Below, in pieces: positions 35,890-48,520 of a DNA stretch of 64,000 nucleotides. The DNA comes from Camelus ferus (taxonomy: Eukaryota): contig NC_045696.1 in NCBI RefSeq assembly GCF_009834535.1, forward strand, positions 50,594,001 through 50,658,000, read 5' to 3'. The stretch's first letter is position 1, and the number at the start of each line of letters is the position of its first letter. The notes below the pieces were generated by a model, which made no database searches, had not been told where the DNA came from, and was given only the letters and a program-made list of their open reading frames with translations. The position numbers were made by a program, and so were the translations under genes.

Positions 35890-38800
35890 CTTTATTTTTA
35901 AAATAAACTTTGTTTTTTATTAAAACAATTTTAGGTTCACAACAAAATTGACTGGAAAGGACAGAGATTTCCTGTATACAACCTTTCCTCACACATGTGC
36001 AATCTCCCCCAGTATCAACATCCTGCACCCCAGGGGTACAGTTATTGAATCTACACTAACACAGTTCACCTAAAGTCGATAGTTAACATTAGAGTCTGTT
36101 CTTGATGTTGTACATTCTGTGGGCTTTGACAAGTGTAATAGACAAAATAGTTTCTCTGCCCTAAAAATCCTCTTGGTTTGCCTATGCATCCCTCTCTCCC
36201 CTAACCCCTGGCAGCCACTTACCTTTTTACTGTCTCCATAATTTTTCTTTTTCCAGAATGTCATGTGGTTGGAGTCACACAGTGTGTAGCCTTTTCAAAT
36301 TTTTTCTTTCATTTAGAAATATTCATTTAAGATTCCTCTCTATCTTTACATGGCATAATAGCTCATTTGTTTTAGAGTTGAGTAATATTCCATTATCTAG
36401 GTTATCAGTTTACTTATCTCTTCACCTAATGAAAACCATCTTGGTTGCTATTACGAATAGAGCTGCTATAAACATCTGTGTTTTGTGTGGACATAAGTTT
36501 TCAGTTCCTTTGGGTAAATACCAAGGAGCACAATTTCTGGACCCTATGGTAAGAGTATGTTTAGTTTTGGAAAAAATAGCCAAACAGCCTTCTAAAATGG
36601 CTATAATTTTGCATTCCCACCAGCAATGTATGAGAGTTTCTTTTGCTCCACATCCTCACCAGCAATTTGATGCTGTCAGTGTTCCAGATTTTGGCCAGTC
36701 TAGTAGGTATATTGTTGTATCTTATTGTTACTTTAATTTGCAATCCCCTAATGACTTGTATGGAGCGTCTTTTCATATGCTTATTTGCCATCTGTGTATC
36801 TTCCTCAGTGAGGTGTCTTTGAGGTCTTTGGCCTATTTTTTAATGGAGTTGTTTGTTTTCTTATTGTTGAGTGTTGAGAGTTCTATGTTTATTTTGGGTA
36901 ACAGTCCTTTTTCAGATGTTCTCCAAATATTTTCTCCCAGTCTATGCCTTGTCTTCACATTCTCTCCATGTTGTCTTTCTCAGAGCGGAAGTTTTTAATT
37001 TTAATGAGGTTCGGCTTTTCAAATATTTATTTTATGGGTCCAAGACCAAAGACATAACATATGAAGGATTGTTATGACTTCTTGGAGAATTGACCCCTAC
37101 CTATATCATTAAGTAAAACCCCTCTTCATCACTGGAAACTTTTTTCTCAGTAGTCTATTGTATCTGAAATTAATATAACTACTTCTGCTTCCTCTTGATG
37201 ACTGTGAGCATGTACTGTCTTTCTCTGTCTTTTTACCTGTAACCTATATACGTCTTTATATTTAAAGTAGGCTCCCTAGACAACAGTATAGTTGGGTCTC
37301 ACTTTATATGCACTCTGAAAATCTGTCTTTTAGTATGTTTAGACTGTTGACATTTACAGTGATTTATGTAGTTGGATTAATGTCTAACATATTTATTATT
37401 TTCTATTTGCTTCCTTTTTTCTTTGTTCCTATTATATCTTCCACTGTTTTTTTGCCTTTTGTGGTTTTAATTAAGCATTTTTTATGACTTCATTTTAATC
37501 TCTTTTCTTGGTATATCAATTATATTTATTTTTAAAAATTTTTTCCTGGTTGCCCTTGAATTTTTGATATGCATTTACAGCTAAACCAAGTATGCTTTCA
37601 AATAACAGTGTAATATTTCATGGGTAGTACAAATATTTTATAATAATTCATTTCATTTATATATGCATACATAAGTATATGTATATATACATAAGTATTC
37701 ATAATCAAATAACTGTATCTATTATTTTGACCAAACTGTTAACATTACATCAATTAAGAATAAGAAAAATAAAAGTTTTTATTTTACCTTCATTTTTCAT
37801 TCTCTAATACTCTTTCTTTGTGTAGGCCCAAGTTCTGACTTGTATCATTTTCCTTCTCCCTGAAGAACTTCTTTTAACATTTCTTACAAGACAGATCTAC
37901 TGGCAACAAATTCCTTTGATTTTTATTTCTTTGATAAAGCCTTTATTTCTCCTTCACTTTTGAAAGACAGTTTCAGAGTGGTGAGAAATAACTCACAGAA
38001 TTCTGGTCTGTGAGTTATTTCTCTCAACACTTGAAATATTTCACTCCACTCTCTTCTTGATTACACTGTTTGTGAGAAATCAGATGTAATTCTTATTTTT
38101 GCTTCTATAGAGGTAATGTGTGTTTTTTCCCTCTGGCTTCTTTATCTTTATTTTTCTGCAGTTTGAATATGGTGTAGTGTTTTGTTATTTAATTTGCTTG
38201 GTGTTCTCTTAGCTTCCTGGGTCTGTCGTTTGGTGTCTGTCTTTCATCTGGGGAAATTCTTAGTCATTATTACTTCAAGTATTTCTTCTGTCCTTCGTCT
38301 CTTTCTTCTCCTTCTGGCATTCCCGTTAAGTGTGTGGTACACCTTCTGTAGTTAGCCCCCTATTTTTGGATACTCCATCCTTTGTTTTTGCAGCCTTTTT
38401 TCCTCTTTGCTTTTCAGTTTTGGAAGTTTCTATTGATGTACGCTCAAGCACAGAAGCTCTTTCCTTAGTCATGTCCAGTCTACTGATGAGACCATCAAAG
38501 GCAGTTTTTCATTCCTTTTATAGCATTTTCAATCTCTGGCATTGCTTTTTGATTCTTTCTTAGAATGTCCATCTCTGATTAGATTACCCAGCTGTTCTTG
38601 CATGTTGTCTACTTTATCCATTAGAGCCCTTAGCATATTAATCATAATTGTTTTAAATTCATGGTCTGACCATTCCAACATCCCTGCCAGTATCTGAGTC
38701 TGGTTCTGACACTTGCTCTGTCTCTTCAAATTGTGTTTTTTGCCTTTTAGTATGTCTTGTAATTTTTTGTTGAAAAATAGATACGATGTACTGGGTAAAA

Positions 38801-39605
38801 GAAACTGCAATAAGTAGGCCTTTAATAATGTAGTGGTTAGGTGAGAGAGGGAGGGAAGTGTTCTGTAGTCTTACAATTAGCTCTCAGTCTTCTGGTGAAC
38901 CTGTGCCCCCAGAAATTCACTAGTGCTGCTTTTTTCCTCCCTTTGGTGGAACAGGATGGGTAGAGGGGGCTGGGCTTTTGTATTTCCCTTCCTTCATGTG
39001 GGAGTCTGGAGGGGTATATTTTCTTTCCTCCATGTATGTTAGGCTCTGATAATACCAGTAGGTTAGGCCCTGGCCAAAAAAAAAGGTTTCTCCTGAGGGC
39101 AGGCTTTAATAAAAAGAACAGAATGTGTGGATGTATTTCAAAATATGTCCCCCTGCCTAAAGCACAAAGAGATTATTCTCTGGTCCTTACTGTGAGCACC
39201 TGGTACAGCTTCTGGAGTTAAAAGTCACAAAAGACAAAAGTGTGAGGGTTACTTTCCTCCATGCCCACCCCCCACCATGACTGGCATCCCCCTGGAGTTT
39301 TTATCTCTCAGGCTCGTGCACCCTGAGCTTCCAGCATTCATCTGGTACAGCTCAGGTTTTCCTGCTCTGGTAATGGTTCCCTCAGAAGTTGCTGCTCCTG
39401 GGTTCCTATCCAGTAAGCTGTGATTCTCCATATCAGTTTGTCTGTGTCTCCAATTTGGGGGCAGCAGTTTGCTCTGTGATCTTACTTCTCTGATTGATCT
39501 AAGAAGAGTTGTTGATTTCTCAGTTTGTTTAGCTTTTCACTTGTTGTTCGGACCGAGCAATGGCTTCTGAGCGTCTTACATGCTGGACAGGAAACCAGAA
39601 GTCCT
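35890..39605 (-). mobile_element. L1MC-like LINE with 3' end (~35890), ORF2 C-terminus (~36450-37040), endonuclease start (~37075-37350) and ORF1/5' region (to ~39605); most of ORF2 absent
   Basis: ORF 36561-36791 MANKHMKRRS...IRGLQIKVTIRY is the L1 ORF2 C-terminus. ORF 38529-38810 ...EWSDHEFKTIMINMLRALMDKVDNMQEQ is ORF1-like. L1MC-type 3' UTR and 5' end gaaaccagaagtcc. Confidence 0.88.
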
Positions 39606-40814
39606 TGTGTCAGCCTTTTTACATCAGTATAGTGGTAATAATCAGTTCATCCTGGCAAAACACCTTTTAGACAAATCAGCATGACTCGGAGGTGATGGTT
39701 AAAACCCAGCTGGCACAGAGATGTTTAGCAGGTTACCAAGGCCACACAGCAGGCTAGAAGCTGAGCAGGGATTAGAGATCTGGAGAGCCTGACTCCCAGC
39801 CCTGTGTGCAGACTCCACCACCTGTAAACAAACTAGCTAAGAGCCAAACCAGATAAATGTGCCTGAAGTAAGTCACTTGTGGCTGCCAAACTTTGTCTGT
39901 TTGCACCATCAGTAAGCTGAGGATCCAAAAGTCAGGGCCTTTTGCGCACATATCACAAGAACCCATCTCTGAGGGGCTATGCTCCAAGGAAGCAGGGGAC
40001 TGACCACCTTTGGGATCAACACAGTGATTATACATTGCATTTGTATGGTTCTCCTCAGCTTTTGAAACACCTTTTTAAGTGATTTATCTCCTATGTTCCT
40101 CCCAACCATACTAGAAGACTGTGAAATATATTATTATTATTTTTTTTTTAAAGTTGGTGAGCCAAGAAGGCTAACAATCCAGTGCTGGGAGCTGAAACTG
40201 CCCTAATGAGTATGAAGAAATGAGCAGAAGGCCTGGTCTCCAGGTGAACACAGGAGGTGATCCCTGAGGTCAGATCTGAGGAGGACAGACAGCGTTGCCC
40301 TGGCGGGGACAAGGAGGAGAAACAGGTGGGTGAGGGAACCGTGCACCTATTGATTATCAGTATTAGCGTCGCCATTTGGAAACTTCCTGGGAGACACGGA
40401 GTATTAGGGGTATGATGTGCTTGGCCATGACTGGGGCATTGAAAAGTCCTCCCGAACCTGAATGATCCATCTTCCCGTTTCTTCCTGTCTCAGTCTTCTG
40501 CCTCTTTCACTATTACAATTAACCTCCACACGGGGCCCCTGTCCTCACCCTCCCAGTCATCTCTGGCCTCCCGCCCTCAGTCTCTTCCAGTTCTCTTAAG
40601 TTCATCAGCGGCTAGGATGCTACCTCTTGGGTCTCTCTGCTCACTTACCCCCAAGTCCTTGCCCTGAGCTAGTACCACACACCTAACTAACCTTCACTGC
40701 AGTGGTCATCCAACAACATACCTCAGGAGTTACAGAAGTGTTATAGAAATTAAGCTAGGGCTATGGACAACAGTGGTAAAAATAGAAATAGAATTATGTC
40801 ATTGTGTTAGTATA

Positions 40815-41195
40815 CAAGTTACTGTCCCCTCCTTCCTGGGCACATGGCTAGACTACATTTCCCAGTCTTCCTTGCAGTTAAATAGAGACATGTAACTAAA
40901 TTCTTTCCAATGCCATGGGTGGAAGTGTTGTATACCCTTTACAGGCCTGGCCCGTAAAAATTCTTCTCTGCTCTTCCACGCTCTTCCTGTGGGCTGGATG
41001 ATGTAGCACTAAGGGCTGGCAGAGTCACAAGGTCTAAGAAGCCTGGGTTCCTTAACCACCTTATGGAAAAGAGCTGTGCTCCAGCCAGAAGCACCCGCCT
41101 TGAACAGTTATATGAGATACAAACTTCTATTGTGTTCGAGCCTTTATACATTCGGGGTGTATTTGTAGCAGTAGTTCAGCCTACTTTAACTAATA
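40815..41195 (+). mobile_element. MLT1 (I/J-like) solo LTR
   Basis: gactacatttcccagtcttccttgcagtta...ggcagagtcacaagg..gaagcctgggttcctta...aaacttctattgtgtt...ctaata. Confidence 0.8.
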
Positions 41196-41409
41196 AATCC
41201 ATCAAATGAATGAAAGCAGGGAGGACCATCATCACTCAGCTCTTACCTGACTCCAGAGAAGCCCATAATTGAAAAGGAAAAAATATCTGCCTAATAACAA
41301 GGGGGAAAAGCCATAGGTAAACATGAATTATGTTTGTATAAAATAGGATGGGGATACTTTGGGTGATGAAGGTTCTTGTAGCAAAGAACTTTTGGGGTTT
41401 TTAATAGCT

Positions 41410-42090
41410 AAACAGTCTCAGTGTGAGCTACTGTTACCCAGTGGATGAGAAAAGAATTCCTTGAAGACAGGTTCTTTGTTAATGGATGAGCCGGCCACAT
41501 ACCAGGTAAATAATAAATACTTAACTGCAGTCAAATCAAGATCAAGGGAGGGAAGAGCCTCAACACCAGCACATTTCTAGAACTGGAACATAGCCAGTCT
41601 TGAGGGCCAAACGTTAAAAGAGATATTGACAAAGTCAAACATTCAGATACATTTCAAGGGTAGTAATCACACGTAGTAAAGTCTAAAACCGTGTCAGATG
41701 AGAAGCATCAAGGGAATGTAAATGTCTAACCTAGAGGAGTGTATTTGCCTGTGTGGGGGGGGTGGGGGGGTGGGGAGGGAAGTAGAGGAGTGGTGAGAAC
41801 CACAACTGCCTTTCAGTAATTTGAAGGGTTGTCATGGAGAAGAGGAACTCTATTCCACATCCCTTAAAATGTAAAACTGGGACTGAACTTCTGTTTTATA
41901 TAAAAAGAGCTTTCCAACAAGTACAGCTGTTGGACAATGGAACAGGCTGCCTTGGAAAGAACTAAACTTCCCCTCAGAGGAAGTATTTCATCCAAAGCTG
42001 GCTGCTGCCAATTGAGGTTGTTGTAGAAGGTTATCCAGCACTGGATGGTAGACGAGAAAATGGAAGTCCCTTCCGAAGCTTTCGGGACCC
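41410..42090 (+). mobile_element. L3/CR1 3' fragment
   Basis: ttaaaagagatattgacaaa...tttgaagggttgtcatggagaagagg...caatggaacaggctgcctt...cttcccctcagaggaagtattt...gtcccttcc. Confidence 0.7.
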
Positions 42091-45000
42091 TATGAGAGAT
42101 AGTCCTTATTGAAGCTTGCATTAATAAGACATTCAGGAGATGCTCTGTTTGGGGATCACCTGTAGCTTCCAGTAGTCTCTGTGCCAACTCTGTCTTTCCC
42201 ACGAGGGTGACTATTTGGCTGGTTGCAAGAGGAAGGGACAAGGAGGTCTGGGAGAAAGGAAGCCAAATGCTAAGTCATAGAATCCATAATCTTGGTGTTT
42301 TATTCAAAGTCTAGTTTTGGGAAACGGAGAGCAACAGATAGAGAGAGACAAAGTCTTTAGCCCCTCAATATGTCCACTACCAAATTACACCACTTTAGTG
42401 GAGCATTTAGTCCAGAATACCTCCTGGAGAGATGTAACCAATTATCACCCACATCTTACTGGTCTGAAGAGATCAGTACCCGGGGAGTAGGAGGAAAGGC
42501 TAACTTCCCCTTGTAGGTTTCTTATGGTGATCAGCACAGTTAGAGACAAAGGATGAAAGCCCAAAGAGGTTAGTATGAGGGCTGGGGGTGTCCAGGGTGT
42601 TGGGGAACTGCGGGGGTGGGAGGAGTTTTGCCTGCTCTGCAGTTTAGCCTGGGGCTTTGGTGTATCTCTGAGAACTTTCTCTGGGCTGATAACACTGTTT
42701 AACAACAGCCAAGTTGGAATGTCAGGACTTGTTTATAAACTGCAAACACCTTACTACTAGCTCAGCTCAGTCTTCCCCATCTCAGTCCATCAGCCTGGTC
42801 TTTTTGGGTTCAAGCCTGGATCTGCTCATTCCTCCCTCTGGGATAAAGAAGGGAGAAGGAAAAGAAGGATGCTGTCTGTGCTAAATATCTTTCCTATGAG
42901 GGAAGAGCACCTCGGTGATCCATTCTTGTAAAAGTCCCCCAGCCCCACAATTCTCTCTTCCATGTCCAGTATGATTACTTGACATCTTCTCTGTTGGGAG
43001 TATTACAGAACCCATTCACACTGGCTGGCTCTTAAACACTCAGAAACCTAGCGCAGAATACTAGATGGTACAGAAACCTCAGAAGGAGGACAAAATAGGC
43101 ACTACAAGCTGTTGGAAGGGAAATTATGGCAAACTGCATAGGCAAGGAAAACTTCACAGAGGAACAGGAAATGAACTTGAGTCTTGAAGAATGAGCAGGA
43201 CTCAGTTATGCAAAGAGAAGTGCAGGAATTTCAGGTTGGAGAGACTGCACAAGGAGAAGAGAATGTAAGAATATGTTAGGAGCCAGTGTGTGGAAGGGTC
43301 AGACCGGGAGGATCTATGGCGGGAACTCAGTGTTTGGTGCAACACTTCTCACAACCTTCAGCTTCCCCGCACCATTCCACCTCCATCCGTGATTGTTTGG
43401 GAGTCTCTAGATAGGAGTGAGCATTCTATGGTTCAGGCTGGTAGATCAGGGAATGTTTAGGAAAAGGTTTATCTGCAAATAATCTGGCAAAACCTCCATG
43501 AAATTTTCAAATCAAATGAAGAAATGTTGACTGGCTAGAGGTGTGGTTAAATACACTAAGAGCTGATTCAATCACTGAGCCAAATTATACTTGTCTCTTA
43601 CCCCCAAATCTGCCACTGCTCATGTTTTCCTTATCACTATCATTGGCCGTTCACCCAGTGGAAATGGTAGTGGATCCTTAAAAAAGTCACCTCACACCCA
43701 GATCAGTGTACCCCTGGAGTTTCCCACAATCTGAGTTGTCACAGTGGAGGTACTTAATCGCTTTAAAGGCAGTCAGCTTTCTCTAGGACCTAAATGTAGG
43801 CCATGAAAAACCATGTCCCACATAGTATGTGGGACCCGTATGTTTTCCAGTTCTAGAGTAGTGAGGACCTCTTATTCAAATTGACATCTGGGTATGCTAG
43901 ACTGCCTGAAGTAGTGTTTCCATTTAGACCAACGCTCGTGGTAAGAGTAAGTTCAAAGGCCAACGTCCCATATGTTATCACCATTGAAAAATATGAATTA
44001 TGTTTTCCTACTAACACTCACTGACTAGCACAATCACAGAGATTCACTTACATCTAGCATTCTGTGCAAAACACATATAAATGACAAAACAAAAGGAGAA
44101 AGTTTAGAAAAGAGAGGACTGGTCATAGGATGGAAGGGATGGCAGGCGATGTCTCTGACAGCTCATCAAGACACAAATAGAGATGGCTCATTGTTTCTTA
44201 AAAAGGCAGTGGGTCTACTGAGAAATAAGTAAAAATTTAAAAGAATATATAAAGAATGACCTGGAAAAGATGGAACATAATGGATGAAAAAGTACCAAAC
44301 CAACAGAGACCAGCACACAGAATTATAAAATGTCAAAGCATCTCGTCGAGCATTACTTTAAAAGGTTGAGAATCACTTTCCGGATGAGTCTTGAAGAAGG
44401 AGGACCCAACCAGCAGCAGTCTGACGTGGAAGTCAAACTAGGGAGACTTAAGTCCTTTCAAAAATGCCTTCTCCGCTCAGCATCAAGTGACTTCTGGTTG
44501 AATTAATGGGATAGACATTTTCCAAATCACAGGAGCGTATGAACTCTGGCCGACCAAGGACACCGTTTCTGGAAGACAGATGCATCCACAGGCAAGATGA
44601 GGCAGCCACAGAGCTGTAATCTGCCAGTGTGGGGAGGTTGCCTGCGACAGAACTTAGCTGACGATTTGATCAGGAATTTCTTCCCAAAGGGGACAACATC
44701 CCTGCCTTTTATTTGGAAGTCTGCCCTATTTTCCCCGTGAAATTCTTAAATAAGTAGTAATGATTCTTTCCTAAAGGAAAACTGCCATTCTTGCTAGCAT
44801 GGGCTTTGAACTGACTGTCTCTCGAATCCTTCTGGCACAGAAGACCTGTTGCTGAGTTAGTGAAGAGGACCAACAAGTGAATGAGTTGGATGAACACAAG
44901 AGAAGACCCCCTTGAGATGGTGAGGCTTCTCTTTTTCAGTCAGATGCTGACAATGCACAGGATGGTACCATGTAGGATGGCACCGTAGGAGGACAAGGCA

Positions 45001-47019
45001 GCCACTCATTTCAAACTGAGGGACAGAAGCTGAGTGTACACGCAGCTGAGGGAGTGTGCCCTGGCCCCTCTTATACTCTGCCTGGGTTCAAAGGTCTTTG
45101 GAGCTTCCTCAATTTATTACATACCTGTGGACTTGCTGGATAATCAGGAGAGAGCAGTCTATGAACTAACTGTAAGTCCAGGTACTCTCAACATTTCCAC
45201 ACTCACCAACCCCAGTGGACAATGATGTCTAGAGGCAGCACTTTCAGGTGGGAGAAAAAAGTCTAATTAAAATGACTTTTGAAAAATCCCTTCAATTTCC
45301 TGTTATACCATCTTTCAACAAGCTGTTACACCATCTTTATACCATCTTTCATTGTTACACCATCCTTCAACTGGTGCAGCATAATTTTGTGGGTGTTTTC
45401 CTTCAGTTGAGTAGGATATAAAGTGGCTGACTTTCATTTAGAGGATCATGTTTTATAAAATGAGTTATTTCTTTAAACACAATCAGATCCTATTATGAGA
45501 TACACCTGGGAACTGAGACCAAAATGGACCAAAGGAAGAATAGATTCACATCTCTTGTTTCAGCTCACCTAACACTCCTCATTGAGTTGACAGATGGGAA
45601 AAACATCCTCACTGGTTGAACAGCTCTCTCTCCTTTCTTCCTTTTTTTCCTTTTCTGAACATTACTGTTGGACTCATGTCAATTAAAAACACATGGTACT
45701 CGATTCCATGGTTCATGGATGTATCCTCTCCAAAGAATCTAAGTAAGAGCCAGAAATAAAAGGTAGGGTCCAACACTTGAGGAGCTAGTTTCAGGACAGA
45801 TTGGCCCCTGGAAAGTGCCTTATTGTTGACTGACTGCTGTCTTTCTAAATGTGTGCCCCAGATTCCAGGCCCTTAGCTATGAGAGCTTCTCCCAATAATG
45901 ATACCTCCTCCTGTCTTTAAGTGTTCTTTACACAATACTTGGATGACACTTGTGGTCCAGAAGACCTTGATTAAGAAGAAAACACAGATTTATGCGAAAA
46001 AGACCTGGGAAATCTCAAACAGACACATCTTTATTGCATCCCTCTGGATCTGTGGGAGAGAGAACAGGGCCCAGAAGGATCAGCTTTGGATTTGCTCCAA
46101 CTCGAGGCTTTCAGTCACTCCTTCTCTTCCAGCCCCCACTCAGGCCAACATCTGAATCTTTCAGTCTCTCTCCCTCCTTCATCGTCCCCTGCTGATTCAC
46201 CTTTTCCATTCCCTTGTCTCATTTTCCCATTCTTTCTGATGGGCCTGCTCTCTCACACTCATATCTCCTCACAGATCATCTTTCTGCTGGAGCCTGTACT
46301 GATGGCCTCTTTCCAAGAGCAGCAGGTTTGAATCAGCTCCAGTTTAAAATGAAGGCAGGGGGTGGGGGTGGAGCGAGGCCAGAAAGGGATATCAGCTCTC
46401 TCATGTCCAGTGTTCTGAGTGCACAGCCCTCCCCCAGGCCTCCCGCCTTTCTCTCTCTCTCCCTCTCTCTCTCTCTCCCCCCGCGCCGGCCTCCCGCCTC
46501 TCTGCCCAGACATCCCTCTTCACACCTAGGTGTATACCAGAGCAGTCCTAATAATCCCTTGCAGGCAAAACCAGAGACCCCACCCCCACCCCAGCCCCAC
46601 CCCGTCAGGCAGCTGGTTTCCATTAGATGTTCCAAGCCCTATAAATATTCTCTTTTCTCACTTATCTCTTATTATTTTTCCTTTCCCTTTCTCATATTCC
46701 CCTCCCTGCCTCTGGATTCCCTCCTGGGAGGAGGCCTAAATCAAGAAGAGACGGCATGCCAAACTTTGCATTAAGCATCTTGTCATGCCCCAGGCCTCTG
46801 GCGGAGCAGAACCCAGAAATAATGGCGTCTTGATTGTCCAGTTCTCTGCTCCACACACCAAACGCTGAACTCCTCCCAGGACGGCAGAAGGGCTGAGCTC
46901 AACCTGAGCTGGAGGACGCTGCCAGGTCAGCCCGCCCTGCTGGCTGAGCCTTTGGAGTCCTCTGTCTTGTGCTTTGCACTGAGTGCCATATGGTGTCTTG
47001 GGCACAGAGGGGGACATTC

Positions 47020-48520
47020 TGGGGTTCAGATCCCAGCTCTTTGTACACAGGCAATGTGACCTCAGGCAAGTTACATAACCTCCCTCATTTGTAAAATTGC
47101 ACTGATAACACCTATGTCAAAGGACAGCTAGGGGGATGAAAATGAGGTAACAAATGGGACTGCATGTAGCTCAAGCCTGCACTTAGACACTTGCCACTTC
47201 CTATAGGATTTCCTGTGGGAAACCCACCCTCCTCTCCTACCTCCTCCTCCACCTTCCAGGTCACTCACTGAGCAATTACAGAAGAAGTAACCCCTAAATA
47301 CCCAAAATCTGTGTCGGGGAGTGTGAAATGTTTGCTCTTGATAAATGTTTGCTCTCTAAGATAAAGAAAGAGACAGAGAAAGAGTGAATGTAAAAGACTT
47401 AAACTAGAACAATGTTTACAATTGTTAGTACTTCTTATAAACCAGGCAGCAAGTACTTCTTATAAACCATTGTTGAGTCAGTGACCCCAGAGCTAAAGTT
47501 CCTGCAGGGTGGGTTGGGAGGAGGGGGAATCCAGGCACCTTGTCCTAAGCCATAGAGGTTAAGAATGTAGCCTCCGGAATCAGACTGTCTCTGGGTCTGG
47601 ATTCGAGCTCCAGTGCCCTGTAGCTGTTGAGCTTGAACGAGTTATTGATCTTTCTGTGCTACGTTTCCTCTTCTGTGAATGAGTATAATAATGTAGCTGA
47701 CTTAATAGGGTCATTCCAGAGATTGAATGAGCTAACATAGTTCACCGCCCTTCAGACAGTGCAGGGCAGAGTAAGTGTACAGTAAATGGTAGCCATCCTT
47801 CCCATCCAGTCCACGAGTCCTGGTGTCTTACAGCTTTGCTCTTCCATCCTGGTTGTTCCCAAACTGACCCATGCACGGGGCGTGGATCCAGCAGGGATCT
47901 GCTTCTCCCACCTCTGCACCCTCCTCAAAAGGAGTCCAACCACTTTGGTGGCTCTGGATAAATTCCAGCCCTCACAGTAAAATGAACTTTGGAAATTCTT
48001 TAACTGGCCTTCCCACAGAGGGATGACCTTTAGGGACATGCACAGAGAGCGCAGGGAGGCCTTTCCTGAGCCTCAACTGTCTGCATCCACCAACTCCGTG
48101 GCCTTCCTCAGACCAGAGCCTTTGGCTGGGAGTGCAGCCCACGGCAGGCAGCAGAGACCAGTTCAAACAGAGTCAAAGGTCTTCAGATAGCTTCAGGGGC
48201 ACGGTGGTGCTGCGTCTGCCCTCTCTGTCTGTTGGGCTGAGGGTAAATGAAGAATTTGGACCTTCCAGCCCAGAGTCAGGTATAGCACAGAATCCCAAGG
48301 CCTTAAGTCCACAGAATTGAATCCACAGATCAATCTAGATGGGAACTTGATAAGGTGATTTTTATTTTTTGGGGTAGGGCTAACTTCTTTGCCCTGTCTC
48401 ATTAAGTGGGGTCAGCTAGACCTGATCCTGTCATTTCCTCACTGTATGATCTTGGGAAAATTGCTTAACCTCTCTGAGCCTCTATTCATTAATCTGTAAA
48501 AGGGAATAACAACCATACAA
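47020..48520 (+). mobile_element. Three MIR fragments (approx. 47020-47200, 47555-47745, 48410-48520)
   Basis: gggttcagatcccagctct...tgtgacctcaggcaagttacataacctc; ggttaagaatgtagcctccggaatcagactg; atcttgggaaaattgcttaacctctctgagcctc. Confidence 0.72.

Noticed and set aside
36258..36998. Longest ORF in the track (246 aa, + strand)
   Set aside because: It is antisense to the L1 ORF2 C-terminus/3' UTR, a typical L1-antisense pseudo-ORF.
46214..46774. 186-aa ORF
   Set aside because: Low complexity (SLSLSL, poly-Pro) from CT and C runs, non-ATG start, no recognisable domain.
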